DNA of 59,756 nucleotides from an uncultured Gammaproteobacteria bacterium (GTDB lineage Bacteria > Patescibacteriota > Patescibacteriia > UBA9934): positions 567,060 through 626,815 of the forward strand of contig CAZKGL010000001.1 of the NCBI GenBank assembly GCA_964552565.1, read 5' to 3'. Position numbers and translations under genes: made by a program. Below are positions 47,951-57,009 of the stretch, piece by piece; within the stretch, counting starts at the first letter, position 1, and each line of letters starts with the position of its first letter. The notes beneath the pieces are model-generated. The model had not been told where the DNA came from. It saw only the letters and a list, made by a program, of their open reading frames with translations, and did no database searches.

Positions 47951-47967
47951 GTCACGACTAAGTCTCG
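47941..47967. repeat. GACTAAGTC doublet overlapping the RAYT stop codon
   Basis: CCGAGACTAAGTCACGACTAAGTCTCG. Confidence 0.85.
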
Positions 47968-48013
47968 AGTGCTCAAAAACGAAAAACAGCCTTGTCGGCT
48001 GCTTTCGTGGGCT

Positions 48014-48661
48014 CTACTCGAGCTCATCCACCGTCACCTTTGTCATCACGACGTCCTCGAGCGGACGGTCCGCCGCGTCGGTCGGCGTCGTCGCGATGGC
48101 GTCGACCACCTCCATACCGGAGATGACGTAGCCGAAGATGCTGTAGTTGTGCGGCAAACCCGGCGTGTCCTTGTGCATGATGAAGAATTGGCTGCCGTTC
48201 GTGTCCGCGCCGCGGTTCGCCATTGCGACCGTCCCGCGGGTGTACGTGCGGTCGTCCGCGAGCTCGTCCGCAAAGTCATAGCCCGGGCCACCGCGGCCGG
48301 TGCCGGTTGGGTCGCCGCCCTGGATCATGAAGCCCTCGATGACGCGATGGAAGATGACGCCATCGTAGTAGCCTTCTTCAATGAGAGAGACGAAGTTCGA
48401 CACCGTGTTCGGCGCCGTATCCGGATAGAGCCCGATGACGATGTCGCCCTTGTTCGTGGAAATGCGGACTTGCTTGTTCTCGATGCGCTCAGCCGGAAGG
48501 ACGCCCGGGAACGCGTACGACGCGGTGTCGGTCATAGTCGTGTCGGATGAAGAATCGGTGGTCGTCGACGCGTCCGCGTCCGTGGACGCCGGCGTCGTCG
48601 GTGCGGCGCATCCTGCACCAAGGAGGGCGAGGAGCGCAAGCGGGATGAGATGCTTCGTCAT
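48014..48661 (-). CDS. Cyclophilin-type PPIase lipoprotein
   Basis: FHRVIEGFMIQGGDP, AMAN..GSQFFI; LGAGC lipobox. Confidence 0.96.
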   Translation of the reverse strand: MTKHLIPLALLALLGAGCAAPTTPASTDADASTTTDSSSDTTMTDTASYAFPGVLPAERIENKQVRISTNKGDIVIGLYPDTAPNTVSNFVSLIEEGYYDGVIFHRVIEGFMIQGGDPTGTGRGGPGYDFADELADDRTYTRGTVAMANRGADTNGSQFFIMHKDTPGLPHNYSIFGYVISGMEVVDAIATTPTDAADRPLEDVVMTKVTVDELE

Positions 48662-48710
48662 AGAAACTGAAGGAGGAGCCTTCCGAAGAAGACTCCTCCT
48701 TGGGTTATCG

Positions 48711-48989
48711 TTATTCAATACCTGCCTCGAGCGCAGCGACTTGCGCTTCGAGTTGCGCAACCTCGGCGCCCTTGGACTGCAGGGCATACACCGAGGTGAA
48801 CAACACCGCCGAAAGCGAAAACACGAGGACGAGCATAAGCGCCGTCAGCTCGATGCTGCCCGCCGGAAGCGAATTGCACGCGTGGCACACATTTTGACGC
48901 GCCACGCTGCCGTGCACGTCGTTCATCGGCATCGGTTGGACCGACTTCTTTGCGCGGCGGACCGGTGCGCGCTTCTTTGCTTCTGCCAT
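48711..48989 (-). CDS. Small membrane protein with CxxC
   Basis: CHAC followed by one TM segment and a short coiled coil. Confidence 0.7.
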   Translation of the reverse strand: MAEAKKRAPVRRAKKSVQPMPMNDVHGSVARQNVCHACNSLPAGSIELTALMLVLVFSLSAVLFTSVYALQSKGAEVAQLEAQVAALEAGIE

Positions 48990-49025
48990 AGAGCCTCCTC
49001 CTACTATGAATGACACAAGGACACG

Positions 49026-49796
49026 TTACGATGATGTCGGCAGTATACCATAGTCGTCCGCGGAGTGGAACGGCCTCCCCTCGGGACAACCGACCCCGTC
49101 GTGGATAAACCACCGCACGAGGAACGTCAAGGTGAGCGGCGTTGCCACGTCATCGACAAGCACGGACGCGCTCCGCGTGACGACCGAACGCTCTTCGTGG
49201 ACGCCGGGCATGACGGCGCCGCCGCAACCGCCTTGTGCAAGGACGCCCGACAGCCGCACGACCGGCTCGCCCTCCCGCGCATAGCCGCCGAGAATGACGT
49301 ACCCGACCGCGTCCGTCGGCGGGGCGTCGGCGAGGTCGTCGTACAAGGCGACGTACTCCGGCGTCGCGACCGCTTCGCGGATGCCGAGCGCAAACGTGCC
49401 GAGCTCGGAGGTTTCGATAGCAATAAGCTCGTCCGTATGGGCGACAATCGGCAGGACGACCTCCCACATGAGCGCGTCGGCGTCATAGCGGTACACGACG
49501 ACGTCGCCGGCATCGACCGGAATGCCATCGAGCGCAAAGGAGAGCACCACCGGTTCGTCGAGCGTTGCGCCCGATGGCATGACGGCATACGCACTGCCAA
49601 ACAACACGCTGCCCGTCATCGCATCGCCCGCCGCCACAACAAACGGCGCGGCGGCGCGCGCAACGCCCGTTACTGTCACGCGTCCGTCCGCGCTCGCGGT
49701 CGTCGCCCGCTCAGGGTCGTCTACAAATAGGAAAAGCAGGCTCGCGAACGCAATGAGCCCGAACGCAATGCTCCACATGACACCTCGACGGTCCAT
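49026..49796 (-). CDS. Membrane-anchored hypothetical protein
   Basis: N-terminal TM segment; core-like codon usage. Confidence 0.7.
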   Translation of the reverse strand: MDRRGVMWSIAFGLIAFASLLFLFVDDPERATTASADGRVTVTGVARAAAPFVVAAGDAMTGSVLFGSAYAVMPSGATLDEPVVLSFALDGIPVDAGDVVVYRYDADALMWEVVLPIVAHTDELIAIETSELGTFALGIREAVATPEYVALYDDLADAPPTDAVGYVILGGYAREGEPVVRLSGVLAQGGCGGAVMPGVHEERSVVTRSASVLVDDVATPLTLTFLVRWFIHDGVGCPEGRPFHSADDYGILPTSS

Positions 49797-50012
49797 GGGC
49801 GAAGTATACCAAGAAACGACGACGCGCAGCAGCCTGCGGGGCCGCTGCGCGACGGGAGGAGAGAGGAGAGTGACCGGGTGGCGGCAAAACATACACACGC
49901 AGATGCCTGTTTCGCCGCGCACGGAGTTTATCCGTCCTAGGAAACTCCACGACAACGCCGCACGGTCACCGAGCGACGACAGTACCATTCCCGGATTGAA
50001 CGGACAAGCGGT

Positions 50013-51053
50013 CTATGCGTCCAACCGGTCTTCCCACGGCAGCCCCTCGCGCCCGAACTGGCCGAAGACGGCGGTCGCTTCGTACCACGGCTGGCGCAAG
50101 CGCAGCCGCTCCACAACCGCCTCGGGACGGAAATCAAACCGCGCCTTGATGACATCCGTCAGGTCCTCGCCCGCCCCGCCACGCGCCGAAAGCAAGGTCG
50201 GTTCGTTGATGCCGGTCGTGTAGCCGATCGTGACGAGCACGTTGCCCGCCGCACCTTCGCGCACAAGCTGCTTCGCCACGGCGCGCGCCATGTAACTCCC
50301 TGCGCGAGCAGACTTGAGCGGATCTTTGCCCGCAAGCGATGCGCCGCCGTGCGGCAAGAGGCCGCCGTAACTGTCCGCAAGCACCTTGCGGCCGCTCACG
50401 CCGACGCCGGCGGCAAACCCGCCGTTCGTAAACTTGCCGCTCGGGTTCACATACAGCTTCATGCCGTCATGCGCACCGCACACCGGCGTGATGGCGTGCT
50501 CCAAAAGAAGGGCCTGCACCTGCGGTAGTTCGAGCGACTCGTTGTGCTCGACGATCAATGTCACTGACACGATGCGTTCGCCGTCCATCGCGACTTGCAC
50601 CTTGCCGTCCGGACGCAGCCACGAAAACAACGGGTCGGTGCGGCGCAGGTCGTCAACACGGCGGGCAAGCGCGTTGGCGTACACGACGGGGCGCGGCAAA
50701 AACTCGCGCGTCTCCCGCGTCGCATAGCCATGCACGACGGTCGTCCCTTGCGCGCCGCCTTGTACGATGGCGCGTGCCACGTCTTCGGTCGGCCGCTCCG
50801 CATTGACGAACGGTTCGACGCCGTCGTCGTACCCGATTGTCGCATAGACGCGACGCACCAAATCTGCGGCATCGAAGTCCGCGCGGGAATCCACGACCCC
50901 GCCGATCATCACCATGCCATGGCTCCCCAGCGCCTGGAGGTCGAGGCGGCTCAAGGGATCGCGGCGGAGGTACTCGTCGACGATGGCTTCGACGATCTGG
51001 TCGCACATCTTGTCCGGATGGCCCGCAAGCGGCGCTTCGACGACTTTCAGCAT
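50013..51053 (-). CDS. metK: Divergent S-adenosylmethionine synthetase homolog
   Basis: GHPDK, LRPDGKVQV, VNPSG, GRK..DSYGG, GKD present; several acidic motif residues missing. Confidence 0.8.
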   Translation of the reverse strand: MLKVVEAPLAGHPDKMCDQIVEAIVDEYLRRDPLSRLDLQALGSHGMVMIGGVVDSRADFDAADLVRRVYATIGYDDGVEPFVNAERPTEDVARAIVQGGAQGTTVVHGYATRETREFLPRPVVYANALARRVDDLRRTDPLFSWLRPDGKVQVAMDGERIVSVTLIVEHNESLELPQVQALLLEHAITPVCGAHDGMKLYVNPSGKFTNGGFAAGVGVSGRKVLADSYGGLLPHGGASLAGKDPLKSARAGSYMARAVAKQLVREGAAGNVLVTIGYTTGINEPTLLSARGGAGEDLTDVIKARFDFRPEAVVERLRLRQPWYEATAVFGQFGREGLPWEDRLDA

Positions 51054-51137
51054 ACGGCCGTAGTCTACCCATGAAAGGGAATCTTTGACAAAACACCTCC
51101 CAAGCGCCCAAAGTAGAGACGTTACCCTGGAGTTGCC

Positions 51138-51500
51138 TTGCTTGCCATCTTGTCCATCCTCCTCGTCCTGTCCCTCGCCGCAAACGCCGTCCTCGGCCGC
51201 GCGCTGCGGCGCGCACACGGTCTCATGGCACGCGCTGCAGACCGCGTGCACGAGTACGCCATGTTCAAGTGGAGCATGGGGACCGGGAACTACGACCCGT
51301 TCGGAGGCTTCATCGACGACGGGCGGCCGCACCGGCACAGCATGCCGCGCGAGCTCGAGGCCATCCTCGGAACGCCGCGTGACGGCCTGGCCGCCATGCT
51401 CCGTCGCGACGAACGCGTGGCGGCAATGTCGAGGAGCGCGATTCGCGAGACGATGCGGCGGCTCCTGCTCGAGCGGGAGCGCAGTACGCGCAGCCCCTGA
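51138..51500 (+). CDS. Orphan membrane-anchored protein
   Basis: TTGACA at 51085; N-terminal TM segment; TTG start uncertain. Confidence 0.65.
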   Translation: MLAILSILLVLSLAANAVLGRALRRAHGLMARAADRVHEYAMFKWSMGTGNYDPFGGFIDDGRPHRHSMPRELEAILGTPRDGLAAMLRRDERVAAMSRSAIRETMRRLLLERERSTRSP

Positions 51501-51605
51501 CCCTTCGACCACCCGCCGGCCGGTACGCGGCCACTCCCGGGTGGTCGCGTCGTTTTTCTTGCAGGGCCGGTGTATACTGAGGGCAACATTTTTTTCATCC
51601 ATCCT

Positions 51606-51998
51606 ATGAAGTCCGCATCGCTCGTGACATGGGTCCTTCGCGTCGGCGTCGCCGGCGAATTTATCGGCCACGGCGCGTTCGCGCTGCAGGGCAAAGCAAC
51701 GTGGATCGAGTGGATCGAGTCCATGCTCGGCGTATCGACCGCGACGGCGCAGAACCTCTTGACCGCGATCGGCGTCGCGGATGTCCTCGTCGGCGTCATC
51801 GTGCTCATCGCGCCAATCCCGATCGTGCTTCTGTGGGCGGCCATCTGGGGCTTCTGGACCGCGCTCGTGCGACCGCTCGTCGGCGAACCGTTTTGGGACT
51901 TTGTCGAACGCTTTGCAAACTGGGCTGCGCCGCTTGCGCTGCTCCTCGTCGGCGGCTGGCCAACGTCGCTCGCGCATTGGTTCCGCGCTCGTCGCTAA
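51606..51998 (+). CDS. DoxX-like membrane protein
   Basis: LRVGVAGEFIGHG; four hydrophobic segments. Confidence 0.75.
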   Translation: MKSASLVTWVLRVGVAGEFIGHGAFALQGKATWIEWIESMLGVSTATAQNLLTAIGVADVLVGVIVLIAPIPIVLLWAAIWGFWTALVRPLVGEPFWDFVERFANWAAPLALLLVGGWPTSLAHWFRARR

Positions 51999-52054
51999 CG
52001 CACGAAAGACAGGCCTCGCGCCTGTCTTTCGATTTATCCCCACCCGCAGCTTGC

Positions 52055-52095
52055 GTTCGGTTTTTGTTCGCGAGACAATACGAACAGGAACGAAC
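52055..52095 (+). promoter_or_regulatory. Candidate LexA operator array
   Basis: GTTCG-N6-GTTCG-N10-CGAAC-N5-CGAAC ending 5 nt before the lexA ATG. Confidence 0.5.
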
Positions 52096-52100
52096 AATCT

Positions 52101-52733
52101 ATGACGCCTCGATTGCCACCACTCACCAAAAAGCAACGCGACGTCCTCAATTGCGTCGAGCGGTTCGTCCGGGACCACGGGTACACCCCGTCGTACCGCG
52201 AGATCGCCGAGACATTGGGGCTCTCCTCGCCCGCCACCGTGCACCAGCACATCAAGGCGCTGTGCGAAAAAGGGGTCATCAACACCGGTGAGAACGGCGC
52301 GGCGCGCTCTATCGAGGTGGTGGAAACGGAACAGCTTTCGCCCCTTGCCATCATGCTTCCCCTCGCCGGCGTCATCACCGCGGGTGAGCCGATCGAAGCC
52401 ATCGAGGAGAATGAAGCGCTCGCGGTCCCGGCAAACTTCGTCGTCGATCCCATGAACTCCTACGTCCTGAAAGTCAAAGGGCGGTCGATGATCGAAGACG
52501 GCATCTTTGACGGCGACTTCGTCATCGTCGAACGCAGTCACACGCCGCGCAACGGCGACATCGTCGTCGCGCTCCTCGACAATGCGTACGCGACGCTCAA
52601 GCGTTTCTACCGCGAAGGCCGACACATACGCCTCCAGCCGGCCAACAGCACCATGAAGCCTATCATCGTCAAAGGCGACCTCAACATCCAAGGCATTGTC
52701 CGCGCGGTCATCCGCAAGTTCGCCACCATCTAA
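52101..52733 (+). CDS. lexA: SOS repressor LexA
   Basis: PSYREIA..SPATV HTH; AG cleavage site; GRSM and ATLKR catalytic motifs. Confidence 0.97.
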   Translation: MTPRLPPLTKKQRDVLNCVERFVRDHGYTPSYREIAETLGLSSPATVHQHIKALCEKGVINTGENGAARSIEVVETEQLSPLAIMLPLAGVITAGEPIEAIEENEALAVPANFVVDPMNSYVLKVKGRSMIEDGIFDGDFVIVERSHTPRNGDIVVALLDNAYATLKRFYREGRHIRLQPANSTMKPIIVKGDLNIQGIVRAVIRKFATI

Positions 52734-52758
52734 ATCCTAAGGGGAGGATTTAGACCAT

Positions 52759-52878
52759 ATGTCCTACATGACTCTTCGTCACTACCAGGTGACGCTCGCT
52801 TATCGCACCCGCACCTCCCTCTCCTCCCGCCGCACCTTCCGCAGACTCCTCCGCACCCTCTCGCCCTTCCTCCGATAG
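52759..52878 (+). CDS. 39-aa Arg-rich peptide downstream of lexA
   Basis: GGGGAGGA RBS; MSYMTLRHYQVTLAYRTRTSLSSRRTFRRLLRTLSPFLR. Confidence 0.35.
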   Translation: MSYMTLRHYQVTLAYRTRTSLSSRRTFRRLLRTLSPFLR

Positions 52879-52925
52879 TGCGGCGGGGTGCGGGGACCCC
52901 GCCTATTACTTTGATAAGAAACAAG

Positions 52926-53044
52926 CGGGTGCATCGGGCTCGTTGCCGAGGTCCGACCCGGAATTGCCGGAGCCGTAACGCCGGCGACCGCAGCGGCAAT
53001 TTCGGCACGGAGGGCCGCAGGCAAGAGTCCGATGCACCCGAGTC
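52926..53044. repeat. Rod-shaped hairpin element (copy 2)
   Basis: CGGGTGCATCGG/CCGATGCACCCG 12-bp stem followed by AGTC; inner GAATTGCCG/CGGCAATTT helix. Confidence 0.55.
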
Positions 53045-53057
53045 AAATCTCGTTTGT

Positions 53058-53303
53058 ATGCACCAATTCCTGAACGACCCCGTCGAGGTCACGGTGGATT
53101 TTTCCGGCCGTCGTGTCCGCCCAAAAGAGGTGCGGTGGAGCAACCGCTCCTACCCCACGCCACGCTGCACCTTGGTGCACGGCGCTCGCGAAGGACTGAA
53201 GCGCGTCTTCTACTTCTCCGTGTCCGATGACAGCAACTTCATGAAACTCCGGTTCGATACGGAAACGCTGGAATGGCGATTAGTGGAATTCTATGCAGGC
53301 TGA
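53058..53303 (+). CDS. Small beta-rich protein between lexA and dinB
   Basis: 81 aa; YFSVSD..KLRFDTETLEWRL. Confidence 0.75.
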   Translation: MHQFLNDPVEVTVDFSGRRVRPKEVRWSNRSYPTPRCTLVHGAREGLKRVFYFSVSDDSNFMKLRFDTETLEWRLVEFYAG

Positions 53304-53406
53304 ACTTGATTTTCTCGCGACATGATCCGGCTCATGGGCTCCGGATCGAGACCCGCGACAACGGTTGCGTGACCTCCTCCCCCACGCACACCTCGCGGTT
53401 CTCGGT

Positions 53407-54654
53407 ATGGAGCGCATCATCATGCACATCGACTTCAACAGCTACTTTGCGAGCGTTGAGCAGCAAGCGAACCCACACTTGCGCGGCAAGCCGGTCGCGG
53501 TTGCAGGCAAGGCGCCGCCGCGCAATGCCGACGCTGCCGCGCTTCACGAAGGGCTTCGGCGATCCGTGGTTGCGACCGCGTCACGCGAAGCAAAGGCGCG
53601 TGGCGTAAAAACCGGCATGGCGACGTGGGAAGCCAAGAAAATCTGCCCCGAGCTCATCATCGTCCCGGGCGACCCGCAAAAATACAGCGAACTCACCAAC
53701 CGCTTTCTTGCCGTGTGCAAAAAGCACGCAGATGTGGTGGAGCAATTCAGCACGGACGAAGTGTTCCTCGACGTGACGACCGCGGCGAAGAATTATTTTG
53801 GCGCGAGCATGACCGCGCTCATCATCCGACGAGAGCTCCGCGAGACGTGCGGTGCGGTCTGCACGGTGTCGATCGGCATCGCGCCGAACAAGCTCGTCGC
53901 AAAACTCGCTTCCGAAAGCATCAAACCCAACGGCCTTACGGTCGTTCGTCCCGAGGAAGTCGAGGAATTTGTAAAAAGCCGCCCGCTCAAGGACTTTTGT
54001 GGCCTTGGGCCGCGTATTGAGCGCCGTCTTGAAAAACTCGGCGTCACCTCGGTCGAAACACTGCGCACCCTGTCGCGTGCCCGTCTCGTCGAACTCTTCA
54101 AGCAATACGGCAACTGGCTTGCCGACGCGGCGCACGGCATGTCGTCGGACGTCGTCGCGGAAGACGACGCTCCGCCGAAATCCATCGGGCACTCGTATAC
54201 GTTCCCGAAAGATCTTCTTACCGCACACGACGTGCGGAAAAATCTCATTGCGCTCTCGGACCGTGTCGGCACGCGGCTGCGGCGCCAAGGGCTGGTCGCA
54301 ACACGCGTTTCGGCGTACGTCCGCTACGGCGACTTCACGAGCGACGGACACGCGAAGCTGCTCGGCGAGCCGATCGCCGACGGACTCGACATCGGCAAGA
54401 ACGCATGGGCGCTCCTTGCGCCGCGGCTGAACCTCACACGCGGCGTGCGGCTCCTTGGCGTGTCGGTCAGCGAACTGCGCCAGGTGCCCCTCCCCACGCC
54501 GATCTTCCGCAAAGAAGAAAAGATGCAGCGCGTCGTCCGCGCGCTCGACAAGGTGCAGACGCGCTTCGGCACTGATAGCTGGAAGCGCGGGGTCACCCTC
54601 CAAACTTCCTTCCGCGACCGAACGAGCGGGTGGCATTACGACCATGAGCTCTAG
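53407..54654 (+). CDS. dinB: Y-family DNA polymerase IV
   Basis: HIDFNSYFASVEQ, STDE, KLVAKLAS..KPNG. Confidence 0.96.
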   Translation: MERIIMHIDFNSYFASVEQQANPHLRGKPVAVAGKAPPRNADAAALHEGLRRSVVATASREAKARGVKTGMATWEAKKICPELIIVPGDPQKYSELTNRFLAVCKKHADVVEQFSTDEVFLDVTTAAKNYFGASMTALIIRRELRETCGAVCTVSIGIAPNKLVAKLASESIKPNGLTVVRPEEVEEFVKSRPLKDFCGLGPRIERRLEKLGVTSVETLRTLSRARLVELFKQYGNWLADAAHGMSSDVVAEDDAPPKSIGHSYTFPKDLLTAHDVRKNLIALSDRVGTRLRRQGLVATRVSAYVRYGDFTSDGHAKLLGEPIADGLDIGKNAWALLAPRLNLTRGVRLLGVSVSELRQVPLPTPIFRKEEKMQRVVRALDKVQTRFGTDSWKRGVTLQTSFRDRTSGWHYDHEL

Positions 54655-55391
54655 GGTTTACGGAGAATGGCAATGATATGCGGTTTGCCAAGCCCCCAAG
54701 GGAGACGGGTGCAGAGGCGCGACACCCAATACGTCGCGGGTCCACGCGACGTGTAGGATGGGTCGGCATTTTCGATGAGCACCTCGACCTTCAGCCCCGC
54801 ATCTCCGGCAAGCCGACGGATGGCGCGAGTGGTGTTGGCCCTATAAAACACGGGGAACGTATCTTTGTCTTCCCGGCCGTAGAGCGCGCGCACAATGCGT
54901 GTCGCGAGACGGTCGGGCAACCAGGAGCGCATGCGGACGATGAGTGACCGGGCGTTTGGCGTGACCAAGGCGAATGCGCCGCCCGGCTTCAAAATGCGCG
55001 CCACCTCACGCCAAAGCTGTTCCGGCTTGCTGACGTGCTCCATGACCCACAGCGATACCACCGCATCGAATGCTGCCGCATGAAACGGGAGACGCTCTTG
55101 GATATCCCCGTAGACGATACGCCCCACGCTGATATTCCCTTGCGTGGCGTGAGGATCGGCATCGATGCCGACTAAAGCTATGAAGTGCCCAGCGAGCTCG
55201 TCGAGGACAAAGTTCCCGCGTCCGCAGCCAATATCAAGCACCGCGCCGCCCCCGCGCACCGAGGATCTCACGAGCTTCGTCAACAACACCATCGAATCGT
55301 CCCATTCGGGACAATCGGCCTTGTACCGACGTTTCCAGGCGAGTTGACGGCGTTCTTTCGGATGAAGGTCAGAGTATTCGGCAATATACAT
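54651..55391 (-). CDS. Class I SAM-dependent methyltransferase
   Basis: VLDIGCGRG, FDAVVS..VMEHV, RILKPGG. Confidence 0.92.
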   Translation of the reverse strand: MYIAEYSDLHPKERRQLAWKRRYKADCPEWDDSMVLLTKLVRSSVRGGGAVLDIGCGRGNFVLDELAGHFIALVGIDADPHATQGNISVGRIVYGDIQERLPFHAAAFDAVVSLWVMEHVSKPEQLWREVARILKPGGAFALVTPNARSLIVRMRSWLPDRLATRIVRALYGREDKDTFPVFYRANTTRAIRRLAGDAGLKVEVLIENADPSYTSRGPATYWVSRLCTRLPWGLGKPHIIAILRKP

Positions 55392-55486
55392 GAGGTGAAC
55401 ATAGCATCCATGAACAAAATGGCAAGACTGCAAGGGTTTCCGAGTCCAAAACACAATCGCCACCCGGAGGTGGCGATTGTGTTTGG

Positions 55487-55657
55487 TTATGCGAGCCGCC
55501 AGCGGGCAAACATCTCCGCGACCGACTCTGTGATCGCGGCAATGACCCGCTTCTCTGATTCAATGATAAGCGGTGCGACAACCGCGGGAACTTCCTCGCG
55601 AATCGTCTCGCGCATGATGTCCCGCAATTGTCCCATCTGTTCCTGGTCAAAGGCCAT
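55487..55657 (-). CDS. Small helical protein (56 aa)
   Basis: MAFDQEQMGQLRDIMRETIREEVPAVVAPLIIESEKRVIAAITESVAEMFARWRLA; followed by a terminator at ~55447-55486. Confidence 0.55.
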   Translation of the reverse strand: MAFDQEQMGQLRDIMRETIREEVPAVVAPLIIESEKRVIAAITESVAEMFARWRLA

Positions 55658-55739
55658 AGGAGGCAAATGAAAAATTATGCGGGGAGATTTTTAGAGGAGT
55701 ACATCCATCGTATCGAAGTGCAGATGTCGACGCAAGGGC

Positions 55740-57008
55740 TTACAATCCGAGTAATTCTTCCTCAATCTCGAGCAATCGGTTGTACTTCGCGAGGCGCTCG
55801 CTGCGCGACGGCGCACCGGTCTTGATGTACTCGGCGTTCACTGCGACTGCGAGGTCGGCGATGGTCGTGTCGCCCGTCTCGCCGGAACGATGCGAGATGA
55901 CGATCTTGTACTTGTGCATCTGCCCGAGGAGGATGGTGTCGATCGTCTCGGACAGCGTACCGATCTGGTTCGGTTTGATGAGTACGGCGTTCGCGACCTT
56001 CTTTTCGAGCCCCATGCGGACGCGTTCGACATTCGTCACAAAAAGGTCGTCACCGACGAGGAGGATCTTCTTGCCGAGACGCTTCGTCAGCTCCACCCAA
56101 TCGTCCCAGGCGTCTTGGTCCAAGCCATCTTCGAGAGAGAGGAGCGGGTACTTCTTGATCCACTGTTCGTACAGCGTGATCATCTCCGGTCCCTTCAGCT
56201 TGCGGCGATCGGTGTTCAGCACGTACCGGTCCTTCTTCGCGTCATAGAACTCGCTCGCCGCCACGTCGATGCCGAAGCCGATCTCTTTCCCGAGTTTGTA
56301 CTTCGCTTTCTTCACCGCTTTCGCAAGATACTCGAGCGCCGCCTCGGTCTTTCCCACGTCCGGCGCATAGCCGCCCTCGTTCCCTACGTCCGTATCCATT
56401 CCGTCCGCGTGCAAGACGTCTCCGAGCGCATGGAAGATTTCACTCCCCGCCTGCAGCTTGCGTGAGTACCGCGCAAAACCGTGCGGGATGATAATGAAGT
56501 CCTGAATGTCGAGGTTCGTATCCGCGTGCCGCCCGCCGTTGAACACGTTCATGAACGGCGTTGGCAGACGATAGCCCGGATAGGACAGCGCATAGACGTC
56601 GCGAAGGTGTTCGTACAACGGGATGTCGGCACGCCGCGCGCCCGCATGCGCGCACGCGAGCGAGACGCCAAGGATGGCGTTCGCGCCGAGCTTGTGCTTG
56701 TTGACGCTGCCGTCGAGGATCTTCATCGCGTCGTCAATCCCCCGCTGGTCGAAAATGTTGCGTCCGCGGAGCGCCTTATGGATCGTCGTGTTTACGTTGC
56801 GCACCGCCTTGCGCACGCCAAGGCCGCGGTAGCGCCTCGGGTCGCCGTCGCGGAGCTCCAACGCCTCATGCACGCCGGTTGACGCGCCGCTCGGCACAGA
56901 GGCCGAACCGCGCATGCCGTTCGCAAGCTGTACCGTCACGTGCACCGTCGGGTTGCCGCGCGAATCGAGGATTTCGTGCGCGTGGATGACGTCGATCTTC
57001 TCCCGCAT
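55740..57008 (-). CDS. eno: Enolase
   Basis: EILDSRGNPT, PSGASTG, VGNEGG, SHRSGET, SERLAKYN. Confidence 0.99.
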   Translation of the reverse strand: MREKIDVIHAHEILDSRGNPTVHVTVQLANGMRGSASVPSGASTGVHEALELRDGDPRRYRGLGVRKAVRNVNTTIHKALRGRNIFDQRGIDDAMKILDGSVNKHKLGANAILGVSLACAHAGARRADIPLYEHLRDVYALSYPGYRLPTPFMNVFNGGRHADTNLDIQDFIIIPHGFARYSRKLQAGSEIFHALGDVLHADGMDTDVGNEGGYAPDVGKTEAALEYLAKAVKKAKYKLGKEIGFGIDVAASEFYDAKKDRYVLNTDRRKLKGPEMITLYEQWIKKYPLLSLEDGLDQDAWDDWVELTKRLGKKILLVGDDLFVTNVERVRMGLEKKVANAVLIKPNQIGTLSETIDTILLGQMHKYKIVISHRSGETGDTTIADLAVAVNAEYIKTGAPSRSERLAKYNRLLEIEEELLGL

Positions 57009-57009
57009 A

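Noticed and set aside
51054-51137. SAM riboswitch upstream of metK
   Set aside because: No SAM-I or SAM-II consensus; the gap is short and holds a divergent TTGACA
52926-53044. SRP (4.5S) or 6S RNA
   Set aside because: SRP domain IV motif absent on both strands; shorter than typical 6S with no clear central bubble
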